Shown here: piece by piece, positions 1 to 13,700 of the stretch | How positions within the stretch are numbered: the first letter of the stretch is position 1 | How the letters are laid out: each line of letters begins with the position of its first letter | Source: Lama glama | Taxonomy: Eukaryota | Length of the DNA: 64,000 nucleotides | Direction of reading: 5' to 3' | NCBI GenBank assembly: GCA_028534125.1 | Contig: CM052820.1 | Location: 2,728,001-2,792,000 of the forward strand | Translations under genes and position numbers: made by a program | The notes under the pieces: generated by a model | What the model was told of the DNA's origin: nothing | The model's database searches: none | The model's input: only the letters and a program-made list of their open reading frames with translations

Positions 1-218
1 CTCTGACTGGGCTGGCATCTCAGGGCAGGAGGAGGAAGTCTCTTCCTGGAGGGGACAGGAGGGGCTGCCCCTCAGCCTGACGGGGTGAGTCAGCCTGATG
101 AGTGGGGGGTGAGAGGGGACCTGCTCTCTCTTCGTCTGTCCCTCCGTTGTGTCCATCTCAGCAGATGCAGGAGCCTCTGCATTGATGGTGTCAAGTCTCC
201 ATCCTCAGTGTAGATGGG

Positions 219-221
<3 letters not shown>

Positions 222-253
<32 letters not shown>

Positions 254-260
254 TGTGTGT
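222..260. repeat. (TG)n microsatellite
   Basis: Direct reading. Confidence 0.95.
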
Positions 261-1521
261 CCAGGCGTGCTTGCTGTCCTGTGTGTGTCTAAAAAGCACA
301 CGTGTGGCTACCTGTGTAGCTGTACGTAAGTTTTTGTGCATATATGGAGGGGGGAGGGGACGGCAGGGTGCGTGGCACCCAGTGTCCCTCAGCCCCCACA
401 TGTAGGGAGAACCCACAGGTCTGCAGGCCTCTATGGAGAATTTGAGGACTTGGAATTGATTGTTTACCCCGCAACTTGAGGCCAAAGCAGTGGTCCCCAC
501 GTGCCTGTTCCTGGATGCTCTGTCTCGCTGGTGCAGTAACATTTCCTCTTAAAGAGGAGAGCTTGCACGCATCATGTCAGTGTAGTCAAAAGTCAAGTCT
601 TACATACCATCCGGCTCTCTGCACGCAGTAACGGAGGCCTCCCCAGTCCAGATAATCCTTTAATAAATTACAAACCCTCCTGCCTCAGTTTTAACTCTGA
701 TGAGCTTATGAGTCTTGGAAGCCTTGTCAGGTTTCTGGACTGGGGGCTTGGCCCCCGAGACTCAGGTGGGCTGCCTGCGTGGATACAGCAGGGGGCAGAA
801 GGTCGGTGGTGCTCGGAGGCAGTAATCTTGTCCGGGCTGTGATCTGTCTTTGAGTTGCCACGGCCTTAGCATGTAACTTGGGACCTTCACAGCACAGGTC
901 TCTTAAATGGAAGTACCTCTGTGCCACTTGCTGGTTTTGACGTCGGTTTCCTTTTCGTAAATTTTATGAAGTTAAATAATCGGTGTTTTCCTCCCCCTTT
1001 CCTGAAAAATCAACACACAGACAACAGAACCGAAGGGAATCGAGTCAAAGTTCAAGGTTTGCGTGTGGCGATCGGTGGTTATGAGGTCAAGGCTGTCTGA
1101 CCCAGGGCCCTCCGAGCAGACGCTGATGGTGTCTTTAATTACCTGAGCTTTAATTATCTGTGCTTTGGCTTCATTCTCCCCTCTAAAGTACGAGCTATAG
1201 ATTTTATGGCAGAAAAGAGCTTTCTGGCTTTTTTAGCGACAATATACTAAATAGGTGGTTGATAAAACTGCGTTAATTTTTGCACAACTGTTTTGTAAAA
1301 GGTACTATGGGTGGGGGTTGGGGAGCCCAGTCTGCCCTCTGCAGGGAAGGACACAGTTGTAACTAATGTGCATTGTGACAAATTGCTCAGGGGCTCTCAC
1401 TGACTTCACTGTGGCCAGGGCAAGTGGGAGCATCTGTGGGGGGCAGTTTGCAGTGTAGACAGTCATACTGAACGTGCTGGGTCAGGCCCTTCTACTCACC
1501 TTGTGACGTTGCTACCTACAG

Positions 1522-2106
1522 TCATCGAAGTCAACAAGAGGGACATAGTTTTCCTGGTGGATGGCTCATCTGCACTGGGACTGGCCAACTTCAATGCGAT
1601 CCGCGACTTCATTGCCAAGGTCATCCAGAGGCTGGAAATCGGACAGGACCTTATCCAGGTGGCTGTGGCTCAGTACGCAGACACAGTGCGGCCAGAGTTC
1701 TATTTCAATACCTACTCCAGCAAGAGGGAAGTCATGACCGCTGTGCGGAGGATGAAGCCCTTGGAGGGCTCGGCCCTGTACACGGGCTCGGCTCTGGACT
1801 TCGTCCGGAACAGCCTGTTCACCGGCGGGACCGGCTACCGGGCTGCCGAGGGGGTCCCCAAGCTGTTGGTGCTGATTACAGGCGGTAAGTCCCTAGATGA
1901 AGTCAGCCAGCCAGCCCAGGAGCTGAAGAGAAGCAACATCATGGCCTTTGCCATCGGGAACAAGGTGGCCAACCGGGCTGAGCTGGAAGAGATCGCGTTC
2001 GACTCCACCCTGGTGTTCGTTCCGGATGAGTTCCGGACCGCCCCTCTGCAGGGCCTGCTGCCCAGCGTGCTGGCGCCTCTCCGGACGCTCTCGGGAACCA
2101 CCGAAG
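1522..2106 (+). CDS. COL6A3: COL6A3 exon 5, VWA N8 (585 nt, phase 1-1)
   Basis: ctacag|TCATCGAAG ... ACCGAAG|gtatga; [20 protein letters not shown]... Confidence 0.97.
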
Positions 2107-4711
2107 GTATGATGCGGGGGGCGGGGGTCAGACACATAATGGGGTGGTCTTCAGGCAGAGCCTTTGAGGGAAAAACAAACCCAAGTTTTATTCATGTTCA
2201 GCTAAGAGACACCTCTTACGTGAAGGATACAACAGGCAAGATTTATTTCAGGTTTCCTTTTACCCTGAGTTGGAAATTATATGACTTAAAATGCCATAAA
2301 ATAAGAATTGGGTGACTTAAACTGTAAGACCAGGGGCCACCTGCCTTTGAAGCTTCCAACCAAGGAGATCACGTCTTGGTTCAGAACCCCCAGGAGGTCC
2401 CAGTGTTCTGCTTTTCCTGGTGGCTCCTGTCCAGCCTCCTCCTCCCACCACCAGGATGTAGCCTGACCCTTCCTCTCCTGAGCAGATGGTCCACTTTCAA
2501 GTGGCCCAAACCCGACCAGCATAGAACATGAACCCTCTCTCCTCTCTCTTTAAGGGATTTCCTCCAACGGGGCAGCGCAGTGAAGGGATGGGGATGCAGA
2601 TAAAAGCCCAGGGGTTCTTCCGACCCTTCCTTTGATGTGGTTATCAGTGACCAGCTATTTTCAAAGCTACCATGATGGTCTATGAGCTTACGAACTGAAT
2701 AAGTGCAGTTTGCCGTCCTTAACGAAGATGAATATCACGGAAACGAGCTTTTCTGCCTCACAAACTTTACCACTGAATGTTCGATGCATGAGCCACGTGC
2801 ATGGAGGCATGCTCTCTGCTCAGGCTTTCTGCTCTCCTAAAAGCCTCTCTCCCTCTCTCTCTGTCTCTGTCTCTCATTTCCTTAAAACTTCTAATCCACA
2901 CTTTCACAGCCAAAGTTCAAGCTGATAGAACATAGGGTACGATTCCTTGTTAGGTTAAACATCAGGGGAGACGTGGGGAAGGATCTGTTTTTATTTTAGA
3001 GGCACGTGTTGGGGAAAGCACTCTGATTGGAGGATTATATTTTTGATGCTCCGTGAGCCTCGACCAGGCCTCGCCAAGAGTGTTTTTGGATTTTAACGTG
3101 TTGTGTTTCCATGATCCTGTGATCTGGCTCACGAGGAATCCCCGAGGGCACTGGCTGGATTACTGCCTGGCAGTGCCGTGACTCCCCACGAGAAGAGTCT
3201 CACATGACAAATAGGCTGTCCGAGCGATGTTTCAAGATGAGAGCAGAGTATTTTATGGGTGTTTTTCGGCTTCAGGACCTCATGTTCTCTGGTTAACTTA
3301 GGCTAATGCTTGTAATCTCTCCGTGAGTGTAAATCTCTCTGTAAAGACCCAGTCTCGCCCATGTAATCCTGGCTGAGACCGTGGTCACTAACCGAGGATG
3401 CAGAAAGACACAGCACCCTTGCAGAATTCATTTCTGGGGGGGGGCATGTTCCATTTCAAAGAGTCTGATTGTCTTTTGTTGGTTGCAAACATTCTCGCTT
3501 TGGCTCTGTATCTGTGTTGCGCCAACTTGGTTTTGTAAACTTGACTGTCGACGTGCCTGACAACCACCAGCCCCCACCGGAGGAAAATGTGCAGCCTCCT
3601 GCCATATTTGGTGAGGTGGATGTGCTTGGCCTCACCGGATTTCTCTGTGTTCCACACGTGGGCATGTGTGCCCGGCCCGCGGGCACACATGGTGACCTCG
3701 TCTGAGGTGCTGTTTGTCTCACCTTGTTCTCTGTGCTCCCACTGCAGTTCATGCAAACAAAAGGGATATCATCTTTCTTTTGGATGGATCGCTCAACGTT
3801 GGAAAGACCAACTTCCCGTACGTGCGGGACTTTGTCATGAACGTAGTGAACAGCCTCGATGTCGGAAGCGACAGCGTCCGAGTCGGTTTAGTGCAATTTA
3901 GTGACACTCCGGTCACGGAGTTCTCCCTAGACACATACCAGACCAAGCCAGAGCTGCTCGCTCACGTGAGGCAGCTGCAGCTCCAGGGAGGCTCGGGCCT
4001 GAACACCGGCGCCGCCCTAGGCTATGTCCACGCGACCCACTTCACCGAGGCCGGCGGCAGCAGGATCCGCGAACACGTGCCGCAGCTGCTGCTCCTGCTC
4101 ACGGCCGGCCCGGCCGACGACGCGTACCTGCAGGCGGCCAACGCCCTGGCGCGCGCCGGCGTCCTGACCTTTTGCGTGGGCGCCAGCCGGGCCGACAAGG
4201 CCGAGCTCGAGCAGATCGCTTTTAACCCGAGCCTGGTGTACCTCATGGATGATTTCAGCTCCCTGCCGGCTTTGCCCCAGCAGCTGATTCAGCCCCTAAC
4301 CACGTATGTTAGCGGAGGTGTGGAGGAAGTTCCGCTCGGCCAGCCAGGTAATGCTCTCCGGCGGCTCGGGGCGCCCTCTCCCACAGCCCTCCTGCAAACT
4401 GACACCTCTTTGCCGAGCAGGTGGTCCAGTCTGAACTCAAGAGTGTGGTAACGAGCCGTAGGAGGAGAGTGGGCTCCCTGCGGCGGAAGGAGTTTGAATG
4501 GGGGCTTGAGACCCTGTACCGGCAAGCGTAGGTCCTCTGTCTCCAGGGCGTCTGTTCATGCAAGTTTAGGAAGCCCAGCTTACGCTCTGCCCGTGTTGCC
4601 TCACCCTTCGTTCAGAAGCTGGGTTGACTTCTTTTCTGGCCCTGATGCCTGTGAAGAGTCTGGAGTCCAAATCCCGATGGTAATGGGAGAAAGACAGAGA
4701 GAGAGAGAGAG

Positions 4712-4752
<41 letters not shown>

Positions 4753-7700
4753 CTCCCTTTCGTGCCTGAGTATGTGTTGGGAGCATTTCCAAAATTGAAA
4801 TTAGTTTCTTGAGATGATTTTTTTTTAATGTTCCAAATCTGCTGTCTCTAAAAAATTACTTGTCATAAACCCAGCAAAGGCTGTGTCATCACATGATGGT
4901 GAAATGGTTTCCAGAGGAAACCTGGGTGCTGATGATTGCACATGAATATGGTGGCAAGATACGGACACACAGGAGCCACCGACTTGCTGACGCCCTACTG
5001 ATGGGTAGCCAGGCTGATCCAACTGAAACCTAATTGGAATAGTTCCAAGAACCCTTTGAGCCGAAAATAATGTTCACATGATGTGTTGTAGCCCCCCATG
5101 GGCTCATCTGTGTTTTCTGTTGTCCGATCATGGCAGATTGAAAGTCACTGACATAGAGCTGGACCCACAGACTGATAATGGGCACTGTTTTGGGTTCTAA
5201 CCCATAACGTCAAATTTAACGAAAAGGAAATCCAGTTAGAGCATCTGTGACACGTTTATGTGTCGACTCAGTTATACTTGGGTGATTAACCCATTTCAGC
5301 CTTTGTCACTAGAGACAGATCAGTTCTTTAAGCAAAAGGACACTAAGGATCATATTTTCAATAGTTTTGTTTCTAACCATTTGAAAATGCTGTTCTCCTG
5401 GAGTGAGTGCCACCTGATGCGAGAGCAGAACCCTCTGGGCTTTTCTTTGGGCTCTGTGAAAGAAGTGTGATGCTGGGCTGAGCAGACCAGGCTGGGAGCT
5501 GTAGTCCTGTGCAAAGATGCAGCGCTCTGGAAGGGGGCGCTGGAGCGGCAGCTGGTGTGGGTTTTCCTTCCCTTGCCGGTGCATTGATCGCCAGACGCAC
5601 TTCCTGAACCCCCATTACCCACGGCTGGCGGTGCTGGGCTAAGCACCTGCTGTGATCTTGTCCCTCACTCTGTCCTCACCCACTTTCATTGCAGAGAGCA
5701 AGCGGGACATTCTGTTCCTCTTTGACGGCTCGGCCAACCTCGTGGGCCAGTTCCCCGCCGTCCGCGACTTCCTCTACAAGATCATCGACGAGCTGAATGT
5801 GAAACCCGAGGGGACTCGGGTCGCGGTGGCTCAGTACAGCGATGACGTCCGGGTGGAGTCCCGTTTTGACGAGCACCAGAATAAGCCCGAAATCCTGAAT
5901 CTCGTGAAGAGGATGAAGATCAAGACGGGCAAAGCCCTCAACCTGGGCTACGCCCTGGACTACGCGCAGAGGTACATCTTTGTGAAGTCCGCCGGAAGCC
6001 GGATCGAGGACGGAGTGCTGCAGTTCCTGGTGCTGCTGGTGGCGGGAAGGTCGTCGGACCGCGTGGACGGGCCGGCACTCAACCTGAAACAGAGCGGGGT
6101 GGTGCCTTTCATCCTCCAGGCCAAGAACGCAGACCCGGCAGAGCTGGAGCTCATCGTGCCTTCCCCCGCCTTCATCCTGGTTGCCGAGTCGCTTCCCAAG
6201 ATTGGAGACCTCCAACCACAGATCGTGAACCTCTTGAAATCGGTGCAAAATGGGGCGCCAACACCAGGTAAGGCAGAGAACTTCTGGTTGCTTCTGCAGC
6301 CCTGTTCTGTCGTGCAGAGTCAACTGTAGGGTGCTGGCTTCAGGTCCTCAGGGAGACACCCTCCTCGGATTTCCAAGAAAGCTAGGGGATTTCTGTAGAA
6401 ACAATGGAATATGACTTTTCTTTCCCCAAGTTGACCCTCTAACTGCTCTTTGGGGCAAAACAGGAGAATCAGGGTGAATACTTTTAAAGACATTAGAGTA
6501 TTTCACCATAAAATAACATTATAAATGTTTAGATAGATCAGTGGTTAAAAATCCCTTTTTTCTGAAAAAAAAAAAGCTCTATTTTTACAATGTGCGCAAT
6601 AAAAGCCTTACAACGTGGTTGCATTAGAGCTAAAGCTGTGTTTATCTTCATATCCCCCAGTATCTGATTTTAAGTGGGTATCACTGTGCTAGAATTCATT
6701 CTCTACCTTCATTAAAAACATAAAGTGTGAAGGGAGGCAGGCCCGTCCCCATTACAAACACTGCATTAAAATTTTCAAGCACTCATCTTCGTGGCCGTAA
6801 GTTCGTGTTCAGCCGCTTTCCCTGTGGTGACAAAAATGCAGTGAAAAGAGTAATTTCGCATATAATCCCTTTGATTAAAAACCAGAGAAACTAGAGCTTC
6901 TGCGTTGACTATTGGGTGCGTTCACTGTTGGCTTTGGGTTGTAAACTGGACATCTGGGTTACGTTTTCACCCAGTGACCCACTGTGACTTGCAGCAAATC
7001 ATTTGAGACCTCCCAGCTGTAAAATGCGAATGGTTATGCAGACTCAGCCCTTGTCTCTCCAGCCCCCACCCCAATGTTTCTTCTTGAGTATAGCTTTGAA
7101 AGTCAGCAGTACTGCTCAAACACGGAAAAGTGCTGAAATAAAAGGACGATCTCTATGTATTGATGCCTTAGTTCCCCATGGCTGTGTTAACAAATTGGGA
7201 TTCATTTAGTGGTTTAAAACTAAATGAATTAACTATCTCAAGTTTTAGAGGTCAGAAATCCCAGCCAGTTTTACTGGGCTTAAAATCAGGGTGTCTGCAG
7301 GCTTGCCTTCCTTCCGGAGTTCCTCGCAGATTCTCGATTTCCTTGCCCCTTGCAGTTTCTAGGCGCCACCCGCATCCCTTTGTCCTCAGCCCCCTCCTCC
7401 GTCTTCTAAGCCAGCAACACAGTATCTTCTTTCTTCCCTGATCTCCATATCCATCCTTAGATCTTCTCCCTTCGGCTGGAATCCTCTGATCTCCCTTTTC
7501 TAAGGACACATGACTGATTCTACTGGATCCAGCTGGATGCTCCAGGATCATCATCCCCGTAACCCTTAATTTAATCACTCCTGCAGATTCCCTCCCAGGA
7601 ATTAGGAACTTGATATCGGGGGCCACTATCCCACCCACCACCACTGGTATGAAGTTGTCCCTCCTCTGTTCTGTGTGAGTCACGGAGGCTGACTTCCTTC

Positions 7701-10700
7701 TAGTTTCAGGTGAAAAGGATGTGGTGTTTCTGATTGATGGCTCTGACGGTGTCCAGAGTGGCTTCCCTCTGCTGAAAGAGTTTGTCCAGAGAGTTGTGGA
7801 GAGCCTGGATGTGGGTCCGGACCGGGTGCGCGTGGCTGTGGTGCAGTACAGTGACCGGACCAGGCCCGAGTTCTACCTGAACTCGTACATGGACAAGCAG
7901 AGCGTGGTCAGTGCCATCCGCAGGCTGACCCTCCTGGGAGGGCCCACCCCCAACACTGGGGCCTCCCTGGACTTCGTGCTGAGGAACATCCTGATCAGCT
8001 CTGCGGGCAGCAGGATCGCAGAAGGCGTGCCGCAGCTCCTGGTCGTCCTCACCGCCGACAGGTCGGGCGATGACGTGCGGGGCCCCTCGGCGGTGGCAAA
8101 GAGGGGAGGGGCGGTGCCCATCGGCATCGGCATTGGGAACGCCGACATCACCGAGATGCAGACCATCTCCTTCATCCCGGACTTCGCAGTGACTATTCCC
8201 ACCTTCCGGCAGCTGGGGACCGTGCAGCAGGTCATCTCAGACAGAGTGACCCAGCTCAGCCGTGAAGAGCTGAGCAGGCTGCAGGCATCTTTGCTGTCCA
8301 CACTGAGCCCAGGTGAGGAGTGGGTTCCTGACCTCTCTGTGCCTTGAAATCCCTGGGGCTCCTTGTTTGGACCATGGGTTACAAAGCATTCTCAGTTCTG
8401 TTTTGGTAACCATGTGGCGTGAGAACTAGAGTCATGTGATGAGTTAGGAACCACGTGGCCTTGGTGGCCAGAAGGGGCAGAGGCTTGGGGAGATGCTAAG
8501 GTCCAAAACCTGTCTGGTTGCAGGAGTCCTGGCTCAGGGTGCACGTGGAGGCCCCGGTGTTCCTGGGAGACGCTGTGGGCCTTCGGAAGTGCTGTGTGTG
8601 TGCAGTTCCTTTACTTTAGGCACGAGCACATGTTTCCCCTGGTCCGTCTGCTCTCCTGCTCTTCAAAATGACTATTTTCCACCTTCTCCTCCTGCTTGAT
8701 GCCTCTCTCCCTCTGCTGACTCTGAGCCGGTGATCTTGATTCTCATTTCACTGAGAAAATAAAAGGCAACTGGAAGATAACTTCCAGAAGCGCCACTCGG
8801 TCCCTGCTGGCATCAGTGTCCCCGTCTCAGCTTCCCTCCTGTTCCTCGGGTGAACCGTCTCCTTCCCCGGCAGCCTCTCCTTTCCCCCCTGCAACTCTCC
8901 TCTCTCCCGCATCCTCAGTTCTCTGATGGGCCAGATGACTCTCCGTGATACAAGCACAGTGCCTTTTCTCCTCTTTTAAAAACTCCCTCGATGCCCTGCT
9001 CACCCCCAGGCGCCCCCCCAGTCTCCTTTTTAAAGCGCTGTCTTTACTGCCTACAACTCCCTCTGGACCCGCCCTAGCCTGCTCACTGTCCCTGCTTCCC
9101 AGAAAGCGCTCTGGTCAAGGTCCATCTGGCACATCCTAGCGGTCAGTTCTCAGACCCTGTCTCACTTGATCTGAGTGTCGTCTGTCACAGCTGAGAGTCC
9201 CTCCTTCCCAAAACAGCAGCCCCACTTGGTCTCAACGTGGCTCTAGTTTCTTCCGCCTGCGGAGTTTCTCTTCCTTACCCTCTGCTGGTTCCTCTTCTCC
9301 TCTCTGACTGTAATCACTGAAATTCCCGGGACTCTCCTGGGACTGGTGTTTTAACTGAACACCGCAGTCTGAATCAGGAAGCCGTACCCATCAGGTTGTG
9401 AGTCTGTGACTAACTGTGATTCTGTGACTAAGAATTGGGTGCCAGTGAAGGTGGCGCTTATGATCACGGTGGGTTCACAGGTTTCGGCGGCAAGAGGGAT
9501 GTGGTCTTTCTCATCGACGGGTCCCAGAGTGCTGGCCCTGAGTTCCAGTACATCCGTACCTTCATCGAGAGGCTGGTTGACTATCTGGACATAGGCTTCG
9601 ACAAGACCCGGGTGGCGGTCATCCAGTTCAGCGAGGACCCCAGGGTGGAGTTCCTGCTGAACGCCCACTCCAGCAAGGACGAGGTGCAGAATGCGCTGAG
9701 GCGGCTGCGGCCCAAAGGTGGGCGGCAGATCAACATTGGGGGTGCCTTGGAGTACGTGTCAAGGAATATCTTCAAGAGGCCGCTGGGGAGCCGGATTGAA
9801 GAGGGCGTCCCTCAGTTCCTGGTCCTCATTTCCTCCGGGAAGTCTGACGACGAAGTTGACGACTCAGCAGTAGAACTCAAGCAGTTTGGCGTGGCACCAG
9901 TTACAATCGGAAGGAACGCAGACCCGGAGGAGCTGGTGAAGATCTCCCTGAGCCCCGAGTACGTGTTCTCAGTGAGCACCTTCCGGGAGCTGCCCAGCCT
10001 GGAGCAGAAGCTGCTGACCCCCATCACCACCCTAACCTCGGAGCAGATTCAGCAGATCTTGGCCGCCAGCCGCTTCCCTCCTCCAGGTAAGACCAGGTGT
10101 TTGTTCTTCTCCGTTGTCTTTCCTGAACATGAAAAATCACAGGCTCAAAGTCCATGCTTCTCAAAAGTACAATCGAAGTAACGGGCCACCCGTGATTGAA
10201 CCTGTGGGTCCACAGCTGGACGCAGGGAGGAGGACGCACACGGTGGGCAGCCACCGGGCATCTCAGCCAGAGGGTGTTAGAAAAGGCTCAGCACAGGATT
10301 TGGACTCATCATAGGTGATTTTGCGGAAGGCTTGAGGAAATGGGACTTTGCCCTGAGTGCGTGCCGTCAAGATGGGCGAGTCATCCTGTGAGTGAGATCT
10401 TACCGCATCTCATGGCTAAAGCCGTAATGGGTAAAGGAGCGGTGGCCACTGATGACCCAGGGTGGAGGTGTTCGGTTATTTTTGTCTTCTTTTGGTCAGT
10501 GTTCAGATACGATTACAGCGTGGCTTTCTCTGATGTCAGTGTTCTGTGAAGTCTGTGGTGCTCCACGAGGGAGTCCATGGCCTGGCCGTGAGGTGCCGGG
10601 CCAGCTTTTCTCCTTCTCAACATAAATGGTTCAACTCCATTTGCTTAGCTTTTACTGTGCTGTGTTTCCACTATAAGCAGCCAGTGATTTCTGAGGCAAA

Positions 10701-13700
10701 AGATGGGTTGAATTTGTCTAGAGGCAACATATGAGTTGAATAAATGGCAATCCAAGATGTACCTAGAATTCAAATCAATGGGTTCATCTTTCCCAGGACT
10801 TTTGATTAATTTTATAATTTAAAATGGACTCATGTGGAGAGAACAGGGGAAATAATAGTGAAAATGAAATCTGTGTAAATGCTAGAGATACGTGAAGAAA
10901 AAGGAACACTGTGAGCCAGACAGCGGGGCGGCGTGGCCCGTGGGCGACAGCTGGGATACTCTGGGCTGTCACTGGCTAAGCGGTGGCCTTGGACAAAGAG
11001 ACAGCCTTTGTCCTCAGCCACCTTTCTCTTCTTGCACAACAAAGATGTTGGTCCGGGTGATCTCAGTCCCTTCTGGTGGTAACAGCTCATGATTCAAAGA
11101 TGACGGTCATCCAAGATTCATGTCTACACGCTGCTTACTTTTTTGAAATTAGTTGTAACCCAGACCACAAAGCCGAAACTGAAATAAACTCAGAAAGAGA
11201 AAGTTTTGGGAAACTTCAGATATTTCAAGAAGCAGAAATTGTTTTGGTACAAAAGGCCCAATTGGTTATGATTGATTAAAAAAAAAACCCCAAGCAATAA
11301 ACACATGCACATTGGCTTATAATTTTAATGTGAATTAATGCCGTGATGGAGTATAACGCAAAGTTCAGAAATGCAACTGGTTGCGCGCTGGTCTGGTGCT
11401 GAGTTTGTCTCTTCCCTTCATCCGCAGCGGTGGAGAGCGATGCTTCAGACATCATCTTCCTCATCGATAGCTCTGACAGCATCAGGCCAGAAGGCATTGC
11501 ACACATCCGAGACTTTGTTAGCAGGATCGTGCAAAGACTCAACATTGGCCCCAATAAAGTGAGGATTGGGGTGGTGCAGTTCAGCAATGACGTCTTCCCG
11601 GAGTTCTACCTGAAGACCTATAAGTCCCAGGCCAGTGTGCTCGATGCCATACGTCGCCTGAGGTTCAAAGGGGGGTCCCCGCTGAACACCGGCAAAGCTC
11701 TGGAATTCGTGGCAAGGAATTTCTTTGTCAAGTCTGCCGGGAGCCGGATAGAAGATGGGGTCCCCCAACACCTGGTTCTGTTTCTGGGTGGAAAGTCCCA
11801 GGATGACGTTTCCAGGTTCTCCCAGGTGATGAGATCCTCAGGGATTGTGAGCTTAGGAGTTGGAGACCGGAACATCGACAGAGCGGAGCTGCAGGCCATC
11901 ACCAACGACCCCAGGCTGGTCTTCACCGTGAGGGAGTTCAAAGAGCTCCCCAACATTGAAGAAAGGGTCTTGAACTCCTTTGGACCCTCTGGGGTCACTC
12001 CTGCACCTCCGGGAGTGGACACGTTCCCTCCCTCACGGCCAGGTATGACCTGTGACTACAGGGTGTGACACCAACTTTTTAAATTGAAAAAAGCAATTAG
12101 CATTCCTTTAATCTTCTTCTCTCGGGCTGTCACTGCAGATAATAGTAGACATTAAACACTGGAAAAATAATTTAGTTGAGATTGCAGAATGAACAGAAGG
12201 AAACACATCTCAGAGGCATGCGGTCATGGATCCTTCCATGAGGCTTCCGTGAGTTTCCATGAAGCTAATTGTAGCCCCATTGAAAGGTTCCATAAGAATG
12301 CATTGAGGGTCAACCACAGACTCATTGGCTTTCAGAATAAAATGGCATCTCTGAAGTTGTTCAGTCCATGCCCCTCCAAACATGACCGGGAAATCAGCCT
12401 CTCTCCAGGGGTAGGGTGCCTCCCATGGTCCAGGCAAGCCTCCTCCCTGGGATTGGTGTGGTCAGGAAGCACCTCCCCGGGGGAGGCGAGAGCTGTTCCC
12501 CTGTAGCGTGTGCCTCATGCTCCTGGGTCTGACCACTGGGGCTGCCAAAAGCAGATGGAGCCCCTCCACCAACCCACGTCTTCCTTAGTGCCTCCTCCAG
12601 GCGATGGCCACGCTGACACCTGGAGTGAATGATGAGGCTGGTCTTCCCTGGGGCAGCTGTATTCGCTTCGCTCCTTCACGTCCTCCTACCCTGCTGGGTG
12701 GGGAACCTCTCATTTCTCCAGATTCCCTTTCTCTCTACTGCAGTCTCGATCCTTTGGTTAGGATTAGTACCTGATCGCCAAGGGCCATCGATTTTCAGCT
12801 GACTCCAGCCGACCTCTCGCCATGCTGGTCAGCAGTACTCCACAGGTGCAAGGCGCGTGCTTCCCACTCTCCAGTCTGTTTCTCCTGGCCCTTCCTTGCC
12901 CTGCCTCTAGCACTCCTCCCCCGATTCCCGCGAGATGCTACCATTTATTTCTTTTATTAAATTTTCTTTTTTTATTTGGAGGTCCTGGGAATTGAACCCA
13001 GGACCCTGCACATGCTAATACCGCTGAGCTGTACCCCCAGCCCTCCATCATTTCTTTTTGACCAGGGGGAAAGCTTTAGTGGCATTTTCTGAAACATCAC
13101 AGATGACGGAATCTGGACATAACACCATTTGCACAGTGCCACTGATTCTCCTTTTGGCTTAGATGACTTGCCATTTATCTTCCTGTTTTTGGCGTGATGT
13201 TTTGAGGCCTGTGATTTTGGGAGCTATAGAGGCAGGGAATACAGCAGAAGTGCTCTCTGTGAACAAGCTACAGGGCTGCCTCATTCCACTCATTTTACAT
13301 TTCCCATTTTTTTCCTGAATGTGGGAACCAAATTTCTCTTTTTTCCATTGCTATCATTTTCAGAGAAAAAGAAAGCTGACATCGTGTTCCTGCTGGATGG
13401 TTCCATCAATTTCCGGAGGGACAGTTTCCAGGAAGTGCTCCGTTTTGTGTCCGAAATTGTGGACACAGTTTATGAAGGGGGTGACTCCATCCAAGTGGGG
13501 CTGGTCCAGTACAACTCTGACCCCACCGATGAGTTCTTCCTGAAAGACTTTTCCACCAAGCAGCAGATTATCGACGCCATCAACAAAGTGGTCTACAAAG
13601 GGGGGAGGCACGCAAACACCAGGGTGGGCCTGGAGCACCTGCGGGTGAATCACTTTGTGCCGGAGGCGGGCAGCCGCGTGGACCAGAGGGTCCCGCAGAT

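Noticed and set aside
3571-3610. Possible extra small exon before exon 6 (donor TTG|gtgagg)
   Set aside because: 40 nt, frameshifting, and no polypyrimidine tract.
5527-5542. CTCF-like CTGGAAGGGGGCGCTG in intron 6
   Set aside because: Several mismatches in the 5' half of the core; cannot be supported without a PWM score or ChIP data.
12976-13040. tRNA-like A/B boxes (also 51160-51235)
   Set aside because: Part of SINEs with T-rich tails and TSDs, not tRNA genes.
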